Shown piece by piece: positions 1 to 10,693 of a stretch of 64,000 nt of DNA (its first letter is position 1; each line of letters starts with the position of its first letter). The DNA comes from Planctomycetota bacterium. GTDB taxonomy: Bacteria; Planctomycetota; Planctomycetia; JALXBF01. The translations under genes were made by a program, and so were the position numbers. The stretch covers positions 1 through 64,000 of the forward strand of contig JALXBF010000058.1 of assembly GCA_026991575.1 (NCBI GenBank), written 5' to 3'. The notes under the pieces are model-generated. The model saw only the letters and a program-made list of their open reading frames with translations. It had not been told where the DNA came from and ran no database searches.

Positions 1-175
1 CGTCACCACGTCGTCAAGTAAGCCTGCCACCGGACGGACACAACGGCTTGGTAACCGGGCCAAGGCGTCTCCCGTGTCCGCTGGCATGATGCTGCCGCTC
101 TTGAAGCGGTAGCCGTTCAGCAAGGCATGCGCACGGCGCGAGCATAGCCCTGCTACGGGCGGCGCTGGTGACCGG

Positions 176-2083
176 CTACATGCGCTCCGGTGTACGGATA
201 CCCAGGAGACCGAGCCCCAATTTCAGCGTCTGGGCGGTGAGATAGCACAGCGCCAGGCGGCTTACCCGAAGCTCGTCGCTCTCAGCCCTCAGCACATCGC
301 ACGTGTTATAGAACGTGCTAAACGTCTCGGCCAGCTCGTACAGATAGTTGGTCAGGTAGTGCGGCATGTAGTCGTCCACTGCCTGCTGGAGCACCTCCGG
401 CAGCCGGACCAACAGCAACGCGAGCCGCCGCTCCGGCGACGTGCTCAACAGGATACGTGGCGGCGAGCTTCGCAAGCGCTCCGGGTCCACTTCACCCTTG
501 CGAAAGATGCTGCGGATGCGGGCGTAGGCGTACTGCAGGTAGGCACCGGTATTGCCCTGCATGGCAAGCATCTTTTCCCAGCTGAACACGTAGTCGCTCG
601 TGCGGTTCTGGCTCAAGTCCGCATACTTCAGGGCACCGATGCCGACCGCTTCGGCTATCTGCCGACGCTCCTCCTCACTCAAGTGCGGGCTGCTCTCGTC
701 GACAATGGCCCGTGCCCGACGAACCGCTTCGTCCAGCAGTGCTTCCAGCCCGACGGTACCGCCTTCGCGTGTACGGAACGGCCGGCGGTCCTTGCCAAGC
801 ACCGTTCCAAAGGCAATGTGCTCGAAGCAGACCCGGTCGTAGCCCCAACGACGGGCAACCTCGAAGACCTGCTTGAAATGCAGGCTCTGGCGATAGTCCA
901 CGACATAGAGGATGTAGTCCGGCGCAAACTGCTCGACCCGGTACTTGATGGTTGCCAGGTCGGTGGTGGCATAGGTGTAGGCGCCGTCACTCTTGCGGAT
1001 GATGCACGGTGGCTCCCCTTCAGCAAAGAAGACACACACTGCCCCCTCACTCACCGTAGCAATCCCCTTGGCCAGTAACTCTTCGACGACCTCCTGCAAC
1101 ATGGGCTGATAGAAGCTCTCCCCCAATGTGTAGTCGAAGTGGACGTCCAGGCGTCGGTAGATCTTCTCCAGCTCCCGCAGGCAATGCGGCATGAACGTTT
1201 CCCATAGCTTGCGGTTCTCGGGGTCGCCCTGATGCAGGCGGGCCGTCTCCTGACGAGCTGCCTCGGCGACGGGCTTGGCCTCCTCAACCCGCCGCCATAG
1301 CTCCCGCAGTAGCTCGTCCAGTTGCTCATCCGATACCTGCTCCCCGGCAGTGACCAGTCCTGCTCGCTGCGCCAGCTCCACGATGATCTGCCTGGCCGTG
1401 CGTTTCTGTTCCGGATTGTCCCCGTGCCGCAACCTCTCCGCCTTGCTGAGCTCCTCTTCCCATTCGGCGGGTGCCGCCATGCGGTTGACGAGTTGGTAGA
1501 GTCGGGCCAGTTCGGCCACGGGGTCGCGCTGCCATGCTTGCTGATCGAGGAAGTGCTTGTAGCCGTAGATGATCATGCCAAACTGGGTGCCCCAGTCGCC
1601 GATGTGATTGTCCCGGATAACCTTGTGGCCGAAGAACCGCAGCATCCGCGCCAGGGCATCGCCGATGATCGTACTACGGAGGTGGCCTACGTGCATGGGC
1701 TTGGCGACATTCGGAGAGGAGAAGTCGATCACGTACGTCGCTGGCTGTGTCGTTGGTTCCACACCGAGGCGATCGTCGGCGAGCAACGTACGCAGGTAGT
1801 CGCTCAGCCAGGCATCACTCAAGCGAAGGTTGATGAAACCGGGGCCGGCGACGCTGACGTCTTCGGCAAGCGGGGCGAAGTCGGCCTGCTCCACGATCTC
1901 CTGGGCAATGGCCCGAGGATTCTTACGGAGCAGCTTCGCCAACGGCATCGCGCAGTTTACCTGGTAATCGCCGAATCGCTCCTCACTGGCCGGCCGGACC
2001 AACGTCGCATAGCCGGCAACTTCTTCGCCATACTTCTCCAGGACCTTCCTGACCGCTTCCGCGAACCGGTTTCGCAGGTTCAT
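176..2083 (-). CDS. argS: Arginine--tRNA ligase
   Basis: FGDYQ, AGPGFIN, DFSSPNVAKPMHVGHLRST (HIGH motif), GDWGTQFG, YLQYAYARI. Start moved to ATG 2083 (MNLRNRF), which has a GGAG SD. Confidence 0.97.
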   Translation of the reverse strand: MNLRNRFAEAVRKVLEKYGEEVAGYATLVRPASEERFGDYQVNCAMPLAKLLRKNPRAIAQEIVEQADFAPLAEDVSVAGPGFINLRLSDAWLSDYLRTLLADDRLGVEPTTQPATYVIDFSSPNVAKPMHVGHLRSTIIGDALARMLRFFGHKVIRDNHIGDWGTQFGMIIYGYKHFLDQQAWQRDPVAELARLYQLVNRMAAPAEWEEELSKAERLRHGDNPEQKRTARQIIVELAQRAGLVTAGEQVSDEQLDELLRELWRRVEEAKPVAEAARQETARLHQGDPENRKLWETFMPHCLRELEKIYRRLDVHFDYTLGESFYQPMLQEVVEELLAKGIATVSEGAVCVFFAEGEPPCIIRKSDGAYTYATTDLATIKYRVEQFAPDYILYVVDYRQSLHFKQVFEVARRWGYDRVCFEHIAFGTVLGKDRRPFRTREGGTVGLEALLDEAVRRARAIVDESSPHLSEEERRQIAEAVGIGALKYADLSQNRTSDYVFSWEKMLAMQGNTGAYLQYAYARIRSIFRKGEVDPERLRSSPPRILLSTSPERRLALLLVRLPEVLQQAVDDYMPHYLTNYLYELAETFSTFYNTCDVLRAESDELRVSRLALCYLTAQTLKLGLGLLGIRTPERM

Positions 2084-2308
2084 CGCAAGAGTCTCTCCAC
2101 GTGCCGTGCTACGGACCATAAATCTTAGGCACCTACAGGACAGGCTACCGCGGACCAGGCGGCCCCGCCACTGCCTGCGTGGCGCAGCGATCGGCGCCAG
2201 TCCATGTCAGCCCCTGATTGGTTCGCCTCCCGTGCCGCCGGCCTAAAATCGCATGTTGGCGATTCGGTGAGTTCGCAGGTGAGCTGACCACGTGGAGGAG
2301 GTATTCAG

Positions 2309-3505
2309 GTGGAGTATCGACTCGCCACGCGCGCAGCGGCACTACAGCCGTCGGCAACGATCGCTGCCGCCCAGAAGGCACGCGAACTGAAGGCCAAGGG
2401 GGTGCATGTCTACGACTTTTCACTGGGGGAACCGGACTTTGATACGCCCGAGCACATCCGTGCCGCTGCCGAGAAGGCGATCCGGGAGGGGAAAACGCAC
2501 TACACGCCTTCCTCCGGCATCCCCGAGCTGCGTGAGGCCGTGGCTCGCCGCTATGCGGAGCGAGGGGTTCGGTACGCGCCGAACGAAGTGGTCATTTCCA
2601 ACGGCGCAAAACACGCACTGCATAACGTGTTCTCTGTGTTGTGCGAGCCGGGCGACGTCGTACTGGTCCCGACCCCGTTCTGGGTCAGCTACAAGGCCTT
2701 GGTGCAGCTTTCGGGGGCGACGCCTCGCCTGATCGAAACAAGCCCTGCAAGCGGCTTCAAGATGACACCAGAACAGCTCGAGGCAGCGTTGTCCGATGAC
2801 GTGCGAGCAATCATTCTGAACTCCCCCTGCAACCCGAGCGGAGCGGTGTACACGCGTGCCGAGCTGCTGGCGCTGGCCGATGTGCTGGCCGACACGGACG
2901 TGGTGATCGTCAGCGATGAGATCTATGAAGACCTTGTATACGACGGCGACTATGCCCCGCCACTGGCATCGCTGCGTGAGGACCTGCGGCAGCGTACTGT
3001 CACCGTCAGCGGCGTCTCGAAGAGCTTCGCCATGACGGGCTGGCGGATCGGGTGGTCAGCAGCGCCGCGGCCGATCACCGAAGCGATCGAGCGGCTGCAG
3101 AGCCAGCAGACCTCCAACCCGTGCTCAATCAGTCAGTATGCGGCGTTGGCAGCGGTAACGGGCGAGCAGGCGTGCGTCGCGGAGATGCGCGCAGAGTTCG
3201 CCCGCAGGCGGGCGCTCGTCGGCGAGAAGCTTGCCGCTATCCCGGGCGTGCGTGCGACACAGCCTGACGGGGCGTTCTACTTCTTCATCGCAATCGATGA
3301 GTACCTCGGGCGGAGCTTTGGCGGTCAGCCCGTGCGCAACTCGGTGGAGTTCTGCACGGCCTGCCTGGAGCAAGCGCACGTAGCACTCGTGCCGGGCATA
3401 GCCTTCGGCGTCGAAGGTTACGTGCGTCTGAGCTTCGCAGCATCGGTCCAGGAACTCGAAGCCGGACTCGACGCCCTCGGTCGCTTTCTTGCGTCCGCCA
3501 GCTAA
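2309..3505 (+). CDS. aspC: Class I/II PLP-dependent aminotransferase (aspartate aminotransferase-like)
   Basis: GEPDF, NSPCNPSG, SDEIY, SKSFAMTGWRIG (PLP lysine); GGAGG SD. Confidence 0.9.
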   Translation: MEYRLATRAAALQPSATIAAAQKARELKAKGVHVYDFSLGEPDFDTPEHIRAAAEKAIREGKTHYTPSSGIPELREAVARRYAERGVRYAPNEVVISNGAKHALHNVFSVLCEPGDVVLVPTPFWVSYKALVQLSGATPRLIETSPASGFKMTPEQLEAALSDDVRAIILNSPCNPSGAVYTRAELLALADVLADTDVVIVSDEIYEDLVYDGDYAPPLASLREDLRQRTVTVSGVSKSFAMTGWRIGWSAAPRPITEAIERLQSQQTSNPCSISQYAALAAVTGEQACVAEMRAEFARRRALVGEKLAAIPGVRATQPDGAFYFFIAIDEYLGRSFGGQPVRNSVEFCTACLEQAHVALVPGIAFGVEGYVRLSFAASVQELEAGLDALGRFLASAS

Positions 3506-3648
3506 CGGCCACCAGCAGCCGCAGCCGATCCTGGGCGTAGGTACACAACGGGGACCGGGGCCGACCGGACCGACCGGATCGCGGCCCGCGTGCCCGCGCG
3601 CGCTCGGGCATGCTGCGATTGCGCATTGCAGGGGCGGGTTACCGCGAC

Positions 3649-4692
3649 TCAGTGCTTGCCCATGAGGGCACCAATGACGTAGCGCTCCAGTTCTTCGTAG
3701 TCGCGGTTCTTGCGCAGCTGCTCGATCAGTTCGTTGTCTAGCGAACGAGCCACGTCGACGAGATCCAGGAAGAACTGCCGGCTGTTGGCCAGGTGCTTCG
3801 TGATGTCGGCCTGTTTCGTGGTGCGCATCGGCTTGACGTCGAACCCGACGCATTCGCCCTGGCTACCGTAGCCGGCTCGCTCCAGCACCCAGACTTGGTT
3901 GAACGCCCGTCGTAGGTCGACAGAGCCAAAGGCCTTGTCCTCGTCGAACTTGAGGCCGTTCTGGTCGTTCAAGTGCACGCTCCAGAGCTTGCCGTGCCAG
4001 ATCGCGTAGGCCATTTCGTCCGACGGATCAAGGCCGGCCAGAATCGCATGGGCCGACTCAATCAGAACGCCTACTCGATCCGGGTCGACGGTGCGGTAGG
4101 CGATTCCAATCATGTGAGCTGCCGTCGGGAGATAACTCTGGTCCATGGGCTCGTTCGGCTTGGCTTCCAGCAAGATACGGATCTCGCTGTCGTACTCCAG
4201 CAGCGCGTTGATCGCATCGACAATGCGACCGACAGCCGTGACCGGATCCTTCGCTTCGCGGATGTACGTACCTTCGCGGGCAAGCCAGAGTACGATGTTG
4301 CGTGTCTCCAGCATGCGCGCGATGTCGACGCAGCGCTTGCTCCGTTCGATGGCGTACTTGCGATCGCGTGGTGAGTTGGATGTGTAGGCCCCATCGATGG
4401 TCTTAGGATGTTCCCAGAGCCGTGGTGCGAGGATCTCGACGAAGAGCCCTTCGTTGTCGAGAATGCGTTTCACCTTCCGGACCCCCTTTTCGGTTTCGCT
4501 CACCCCCCAGTCAGCGGGCACTACGTCATCGTCGTGAAACTGGACGCCGTCGTAGCCGAGCGACTTGTACAGGCGGATGATCTTGGAGAAGGGGAGCTCA
4601 CGGCGGACCGCAGGCCCGAACATGTCGGCGCCGGTGCTGACGTTCCACGGACCGAACGTGAAGCGGTACCCTTTATTGTCGGCGCGGCTCAT
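3649..4692 (-). CDS. Xylose isomerase-family TIM-barrel sugar isomerase
   Basis: FHDDD, WLAREG, EAKPNEP, ESAH, DED, FDVK resemble class I xylose isomerase motifs. Start ATG 4692 with GGAGAGGAG SD. Confidence 0.85.
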   Translation of the reverse strand: MSRADNKGYRFTFGPWNVSTGADMFGPAVRRELPFSKIIRLYKSLGYDGVQFHDDDVVPADWGVSETEKGVRKVKRILDNEGLFVEILAPRLWEHPKTIDGAYTSNSPRDRKYAIERSKRCVDIARMLETRNIVLWLAREGTYIREAKDPVTAVGRIVDAINALLEYDSEIRILLEAKPNEPMDQSYLPTAAHMIGIAYRTVDPDRVGVLIESAHAILAGLDPSDEMAYAIWHGKLWSVHLNDQNGLKFDEDKAFGSVDLRRAFNQVWVLERAGYGSQGECVGFDVKPMRTTKQADITKHLANSRQFFLDLVDVARSLDNELIEQLRKNRDYEELERYVIGALMGKH

Positions 4693-5037
4693 GGCATCTC
4701 CTCTCCATCGCACACTCGCTACAAGACAAAACGAAATCCGGCTGCATCTGTCCTGCGACGGCCCCCCGGGCAAGTCGGGGAGAACTCAAAGTATAGCAGC
4801 ACGGGCTGGCAGTAGAATGGAGCGAGAGTGCGAGGCACGTGGCGAGGGACCGGCTTGCTCCGACGCTTATCGGCCCGAGGACAGATCGGTCGGCTCAGCT
4901 CTGTGCCCGACGCAACCCGGACAGCCCGCAGCGGCACGCGGCGGCGGGCGGCATGGGCCCGAAGAGCACCGGTCCCCGCCATCCGAGCTGCAACGGTGGT
5001 GCTGCCGCCAGTCACGTTGTAGGAGGAGCCGACGGGT

Positions 5038-7425
5038 ATGCGACCTGCGTCGGCAACACGGCCAGCCCGCGAGCACAGATTCCGATCCGCCGTCGGCCGC
5101 ATCCTGGCCCTTGTGACGCTGGTAGCAGCCGCGGCGCTGCCGGCAGCATTTTCCCTGGTGACACTCGCCCGGCCCGTCCCTCAGGCCGCGCAGGTTACCG
5201 GCCCGGTGACCGCGCAGCAGGTGCGGCGCGCGATCGCTCGTGGCCAGCGGTACCTGAAGCAGGAGCAAGGCCCGGACGGGGCGTGGGCAGGAACCAACCC
5301 GGTCGCCACCCAGGGCATCAGCGCTCTGGCGACCCTGGCGCTGTTGGAGTCCGGGCTTGGGCCAGACGATCCGGCCGTGCGACGCGCGCTGGCGTTCCTG
5401 CGTAGTTTCGATCCGACGCAGCCGAGTCAGTGGCGCACGTACATTACCAGCCTGCACACGATGGCCTTGCAAGCGGCCGGTCAGCTTGATCGCGACCTGC
5501 CGTTAATCCAGCGGAACGCGCGGGTGCTGGAAATGATGCAGGTGCCCAGCGGTGGCCCGGAATCAGGGGCTTGGGGCTACGGCATCGGCGGTACCCGTTG
5601 GGATAACTCCAACACGCAGTACGCGGTACTGGGCTTGCACGCGGCCGCTCAGGCGGGCGTGCCGATCGAACCGCGCGTCTGGCTCCGCGTCCGCAATCAC
5701 TTTCTCGCCTACCAGGGACGCGACGGGGCCTGGGGCTACCAGGGGTCGAGTCGTGGCACCGGTTCGATGACCGTAGCAGGCATTGCGTCGTTGGTCATCG
5801 CTGGCATGGAGCTTGAACAGACCGAAGAGAAGCTCGTCAACGGACAGATTGTCGGCTGCGGCCGAGTCCGTGAACCGGAGCCGCTCCGGCGGGCGATCGA
5901 CTGGCTCGGTAGGAACACAGGCATCAGCATCGACCAGCGGGGCCGAGTCGTGCGGATCACAAACCCGCGCGCAGCCAGCTGGACGTTCTACTACCTGTAC
6001 GGCCTGGAGCGAGCCGGTCGGCTCACCGGCCGCCGCTACTTTGGCAAACACGACTGGTATCGCGAGGGCGCGGAATGGCTTGTGAAAGTGCAGGACCCGG
6101 TCAGCGGCGCCTGGCACGGCGGTGGCCTGGAACGTCCGGTGATTGCCACCAGTTTTGCGTTGCTGTTCTTGTCGAAAGGTCTCGCGCCGGTACTCATCAA
6201 CAAGCTGCGGTACGGCGTTCCGGGGAACCTGGCCGGGGGCGATTGGAACAATGATCCCCACGACGTTCGCCAGCTCACGGCCCACGTCGCCCGCCTCTGG
6301 AAGCATCGTCTCAACTGGCAGATCGTCGACATTTCCCGTGCCAGTGTTGCCGACCTGCTGCAGGCACCGATTGTCTTCTTCAACGGGCATCACCAGCCGC
6401 GGTTCCAGCAGGATGAGATCGAGAAGCTGCGGGAGTTCGTTCTGCAGGGCGGCTTCATCTTTGCCGAAGCGTGCTGCTCCAGCGAACAGTTCGACACGGG
6501 CTTTCGTGACCTGATCAAGGAGCTCTTCCCTGAGGCACCGCTTCGGCCACTGCCGCCGGACCATCCGGTCTGGCGTGCCCAGTACCCGCTGGAGCCGGAT
6601 GGATCGCTTTGGGGGGTAGACATCGGCTGCCGCACCAGCATCATCTATAGCCCCCACGACCTGTCCTGCTATTGGCAGAACCCATCCTGGCCAGCGTCGC
6701 TGCGTCCGATCAAGCTTGGCGTCAACGTGGTGGCGTACGCGACCGGTCGAGAGATCCCCCCGGACAAGCTCAGCGTTCGCGCTCCAGTCAAGTTGACCGA
6801 AACCGACCCTGCGGCACGAGACACGCTACGCATCGGCAAGCTTCGGCACGGAGGCGACTGGAACGCCGCCCCTCTGGCCATTCCAAACCTCATGGTTCAT
6901 CTGCGGAACGAGTTCGGTTTCCGCGTGCAGCTACGGCACGAGCCGATCGGACCGCTCGATCCGAACCTCTACCGCTTCCCGTTTCTGTACATGCATGGTC
7001 GCAACCGGTTTCGGTACGCGGAAGACGAGGTACGCAACCTGCGCAGCCTGCTGCTCCGCGGCGCGACCCTGTTTGCCGATGCCTGCTGCGGCAGCGAGCC
7101 GTTCGATGAGGCGTTCCGCGCGTTTGCACGCCAGCTGTTCCCGGACAATCCCCTGGAACCGATACCGCTTGAGGATCCGCTGATTACCGGCGAATACGGT
7201 GGTTACGATCTACGCAAGGTACAGTACACGAGAGCGATGCCGCAGCGGACCGGACCGGTTGCTCTGGAAGGGATCCTGATCGACGATCGCTGGGTCGTCG
7301 TCTACTCGCGCTGGGACATCGGCTGCGCCCTGGAGCGGCATCAGGGCGCCGAGTGCCGCGGGTACACGCACGAGAGCGCCCTGCGGATCGCCACCAACGT
7401 GTTGCTGTACGCCTTGCTCCGGTAA
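5038..7425 (+). CDS. Exported prenyltransferase/squalene-oxidase-repeat protein with two DUF4159 domains
   Basis: Hydrophobic N-terminus; QxxDGxW repeats and FYYLYGLER; two repeats of GGDWN...F(A/G)(E/D)ACC...D(L/I)(S/G)C. Confidence 0.8.
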   Translation: MRPASATRPAREHRFRSAVGRILALVTLVAAAALPAAFSLVTLARPVPQAAQVTGPVTAQQVRRAIARGQRYLKQEQGPDGAWAGTNPVATQGISALATLALLESGLGPDDPAVRRALAFLRSFDPTQPSQWRTYITSLHTMALQAAGQLDRDLPLIQRNARVLEMMQVPSGGPESGAWGYGIGGTRWDNSNTQYAVLGLHAAAQAGVPIEPRVWLRVRNHFLAYQGRDGAWGYQGSSRGTGSMTVAGIASLVIAGMELEQTEEKLVNGQIVGCGRVREPEPLRRAIDWLGRNTGISIDQRGRVVRITNPRAASWTFYYLYGLERAGRLTGRRYFGKHDWYREGAEWLVKVQDPVSGAWHGGGLERPVIATSFALLFLSKGLAPVLINKLRYGVPGNLAGGDWNNDPHDVRQLTAHVARLWKHRLNWQIVDISRASVADLLQAPIVFFNGHHQPRFQQDEIEKLREFVLQGGFIFAEACCSSEQFDTGFRDLIKELFPEAPLRPLPPDHPVWRAQYPLEPDGSLWGVDIGCRTSIIYSPHDLSCYWQNPSWPASLRPIKLGVNVVAYATGREIPPDKLSVRAPVKLTETDPAARDTLRIGKLRHGGDWNAAPLAIPNLMVHLRNEFGFRVQLRHEPIGPLDPNLYRFPFLYMHGRNRFRYAEDEVRNLRSLLLRGATLFADACCGSEPFDEAFRAFARQLFPDNPLEPIPLEDPLITGEYGGYDLRKVQYTRAMPQRTGPVALEGILIDDRWVVVYSRWDIGCALERHQGAECRGYTHESALRIATNVLLYALLR

Positions 7426-7468
7426 GCTTTCCGCAGCATCTGCGCACTGTGAGTGAACGGAGGTGACG

Positions 7469-8482
7469 GTGTCGAGTGACCGTATCGCTGAGTACCTGGA
7501 CTCGTTTCACCGCAGTTACGAGCGGATCATGGACGAGCTGTCCAAGGCAATCATCGGACAGCAGGACGTGATCCGTCAGGTGCTCGCCTGCATCTTCACC
7601 CGGGGCCACTGCTTGCTGGTCGGTGTGCCGGGGTTGGCTAAGACCCTGCTGGTCAGCTCACTGGCACGCACCATGGATCTCAGTTTCAAGCGGATCCAGT
7701 TCACGCCGGACCTGATGCCGTCCGACATCACTGGAACGAACGTCATCGATGAGACACCGAGCGGCCGGCGCGAGTTCCGCTTTGTGCCCGGTCCGATCTT
7801 CGCCAACCTGGTGCTGGCCGATGAAATCAACCGAACACCGCCAAAGACCCAGGCGGCCCTGCTGCAGGCGATGCAGGAGCGTGAGGTCACGGTCGCCCAG
7901 ACTACCTACCCACTACCTCAGCCGTTTTTCGTCATCGCCACCCAGAACCCGATCGAGCAGGAGGGAACCTACCCGTTGCCTGAAGCACAGCTGGACCGGT
8001 TCATGTTCGAGGTGCGCGTCGACTACCCGACGCTTGAGGAGGAGGAGCTCATTCTGGCCCGGACCACTCGGGGCGAATCGCCCGAGCTGAACAAGGTTCT
8101 TTCGGGTCGGGCCATCCTGAAGTTCCAGAAGCTGGTCTACAGCGTGGCCGTCAGCGAGTATGTCATCAAGTACGTTGCACGGCTCGTGCGGGCAACTCGG
8201 CCAAGCGATCCGTCGGCACCGGACTTCGTCAAGGAGCTCGTGGACTGGGGCGCCGGCCCACGTGCAGGCCAGTTCCTGGTGCTGGGTGCCAAAGCGCTCG
8301 CAGCGCTGGATGGCCGCTTCCACGTCTCCACGCAAGACATCCGCGAGATTGCCATCCCGGTGCTGCGCCACCGGATCAGCACGAACTTCCAGGCTCAGGC
8401 CGAAGGCATGTCCTCCGACGATATCATCCGCCGTCTGATCGAAACGGTGCCGGAACCAGAAGTGAAGAAATGGCAGGGCTAG
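7469..8482 (+). CDS. MoxR-family AAA+ ATPase
   Basis: Walker [21 protein letters not shown], Walker [33 protein letters not shown] at 7469 follows GGAGG (alternative start 7463). Confidence 0.95.
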   Translation: MSSDRIAEYLDSFHRSYERIMDELSKAIIGQQDVIRQVLACIFTRGHCLLVGVPGLAKTLLVSSLARTMDLSFKRIQFTPDLMPSDITGTNVIDETPSGRREFRFVPGPIFANLVLADEINRTPPKTQAALLQAMQEREVTVAQTTYPLPQPFFVIATQNPIEQEGTYPLPEAQLDRFMFEVRVDYPTLEEEELILARTTRGESPELNKVLSGRAILKFQKLVYSVAVSEYVIKYVARLVRATRPSDPSAPDFVKELVDWGAGPRAGQFLVLGAKALAALDGRFHVSTQDIREIAIPVLRHRISTNFQAQAEGMSSDDIIRRLIETVPEPEVKKWQG

Positions 8483-8500
8483 AGCAACCGTGGCCGTGCG

Positions 8501-10693
8501 CTAGGGTAGCCCCCACCGTTTACGTAGCGTCCATTCCACGACCAGCAGTCCAACGAACAGAAGTAGCACCGGCCAGTTGTCCCAGAGTCTCACAACTGTT
8601 CGCTTGCGCAGCTCGAGCCTAAAGTCCCGCTTCTTCAGCTTCCTCAGGAACGCAGGCAGCTCCTCGGGCAGCACGAACTCACCGCCACTCAACTCGGCAA
8701 TCTCTGCCAGCAACTCCGGATCAGCTGCCGGATTGACCAGTTCCAGGTCTTGCTGAAATGCGAGAAACTTCCGCTCCACCGGCCCGGCTAGCAGCTCGTC
8801 GCCTTGCCGTACGGTTAGCTTCACGGTATAGTCTCCCGCCTTCTTCGTTTCCCAGAACACCCCTCGCATGCGATCGCCCTGATAGTACATTCGCACCTGG
8901 TGCTCCTTGCCGTCCGGATCGACAACGACCACCTCGTACTGGCCGTCCGAAACGAACCGGCCCCGCTCGTCTTCAGCACCGGCGGTGATCTCCAGGCTCT
9001 CGCCCACTCGAACGCGCCGGGTAGCCAGGTTCAGCCAGGCTCGTGCGCTGCCGACGTCCTCACGTCGCGCCAGCCACAGCACAAGCTGCCGCCAGAACCT
9101 GCGGTGTACCTGCTTACCAGCATCGCTGTACAGATGCCACTGCCAGGTCGTGTCCCCGCCGAACGCCAGTGTTCGCCCGGCACCAAACTCCTGGCTGACC
9201 AGCAAGGGCACCTGACCGTTGCCGGTGGCCAGCAGGCGGGCCCCCACTTTCGGCTCGCCGATCATCGAGCCGCCGCGCAACGGTGGCATCTCGCGCCACA
9301 GCGCCCGGGTGCCACCCTCCTCTGGGCCAACCCGCAGCACGAAATGCACGAGCCCTTCTGCCGTCGGCTCGAGCTTCAGCGGCTCTTCGATTTGTGGATC
9401 AGACGGGTGCATCTCGACCGGCAACAGCTCGGCCAACGGGGCCGCGTGCCAGTGACCGGGCCCAAAGCTTCGCCTGCCCCCCAGCATACCGAGCCCCATA
9501 CCTTGACGAACCCGCTCGGCCACTGCTTCCTGAAAGCTCCGCGGCACCCAGTCGGCCGGGACATCACGCAAGAGGATCACGTCCAGGTCGTCGAGCGGCA
9601 GTTGGTTGAGTTCGGCGGCGAGCTGGTTCGCGTCGAGCGCTTTGACCAGGATGGCCTGGATTTCTTGCGCCCGGTCCAGACTGCGCTTCAGAAACGTCCC
9701 TTCCCACGTCTCCGGTGAGCCGTCGATGATGAGAACGCGAATACCGCCGGCCAGCACGGTCACCCAGGAACTGATGGTGTTGTTCGAGGTGATGCTCTCG
9801 GTGGCGCCGGCCTCCAGCGGCTCGGCCGTCAGCGTCACTTTCATTTCGCCGGCCCGCTCGGCCTGAGCATGCAGCTCGACCCGGCTGCGGAACGGTGTGT
9901 CCGGTACGCGTACCGTCTGGGACGCAACACGCTGGCCGTCGAACTCCAGGTCAACGCGCACGGTACTGCCCGGGAACCCCACCACGGCCAACTCACTGAC
10001 CACGGGCACTCTGGTGCGTTCAAAGACGGTTGGTCCCGCGTCGATGCTCCGCAGGCCCACGTCCTGAGCGATTGCGGCCACCCCGCTGCGGCCGAATGCT
10101 ACGGTGAACACCGGCACGCTGACGTTGCGGTACAGTTCGGCCGCTTGAGCCGGGGGCACATCGCCTGCGTTGTTGGCGCCGTCACTCAGCAGTAGCACCG
10201 CTGCGATCCGGCTGCCTGCTTCTTGCAGCACCTGGCGGAGCGCGTCGCCGAGGGCAGTCTCCTGACCGTTGGGCCGTTCCTCGGGCGTCTCCTTCAAGTA
10301 GGCCTCACGGTCGAAGTACACGACGCGTACGTCGAGCAATCGGGCAAGCTCCTCCAGCTCATCCGCAGACCGCTCGATCGCCTCTTGCATCGCCTGCCAG
10401 CGACTGCGACCGCCGGCGGCGTCCGCCACGGTCATGCTCCGGGACCGATCCATGAGCACGAAGAACGTGGCCGAGCGGCGCCGCACCTCCGTCAGCACCA
10501 GCGCGGGCCGGAAAAGGAGCGTGACCAGCACGACCGCAGCCGCCAGCCGAAGGAGCATCAGCACCCGACGGCGGCGCGTGGACAGTTGCGCGCGGGCGTA
10601 CAGCCACCAGCCCGCAGCAACCAGGACCAACGCGGCCACCAGGGCTACGATCACGTGAAACACCGGTTGTGTGAACGCCCCGACCGTGTTCAT
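8501..10693 (-). CDS. Membrane vWA-domain protein with glutamine amidotransferase-like domain
   Basis: N-terminal TM helices, MIDAS DRSRS...T...LLSDG, GMGLGMLGG segment, C-terminal TM helix and EWTLRKRWGL. Confidence 0.8.
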   Translation of the reverse strand: MNTVGAFTQPVFHVIVALVAALVLVAAGWWLYARAQLSTRRRRVLMLLRLAAAVVLVTLLFRPALVLTEVRRRSATFFVLMDRSRSMTVADAAGGRSRWQAMQEAIERSADELEELARLLDVRVVYFDREAYLKETPEERPNGQETALGDALRQVLQEAGSRIAAVLLLSDGANNAGDVPPAQAAELYRNVSVPVFTVAFGRSGVAAIAQDVGLRSIDAGPTVFERTRVPVVSELAVVGFPGSTVRVDLEFDGQRVASQTVRVPDTPFRSRVELHAQAERAGEMKVTLTAEPLEAGATESITSNNTISSWVTVLAGGIRVLIIDGSPETWEGTFLKRSLDRAQEIQAILVKALDANQLAAELNQLPLDDLDVILLRDVPADWVPRSFQEAVAERVRQGMGLGMLGGRRSFGPGHWHAAPLAELLPVEMHPSDPQIEEPLKLEPTAEGLVHFVLRVGPEEGGTRALWREMPPLRGGSMIGEPKVGARLLATGNGQVPLLVSQEFGAGRTLAFGGDTTWQWHLYSDAGKQVHRRFWRQLVLWLARREDVGSARAWLNLATRRVRVGESLEITAGAEDERGRFVSDGQYEVVVVDPDGKEHQVRMYYQGDRMRGVFWETKKAGDYTVKLTVRQGDELLAGPVERKFLAFQQDLELVNPAADPELLAEIAELSGGEFVLPEELPAFLRKLKKRDFRLELRKRTVVRLWDNWPVLLLFVGLLVVEWTLRKRWGLP

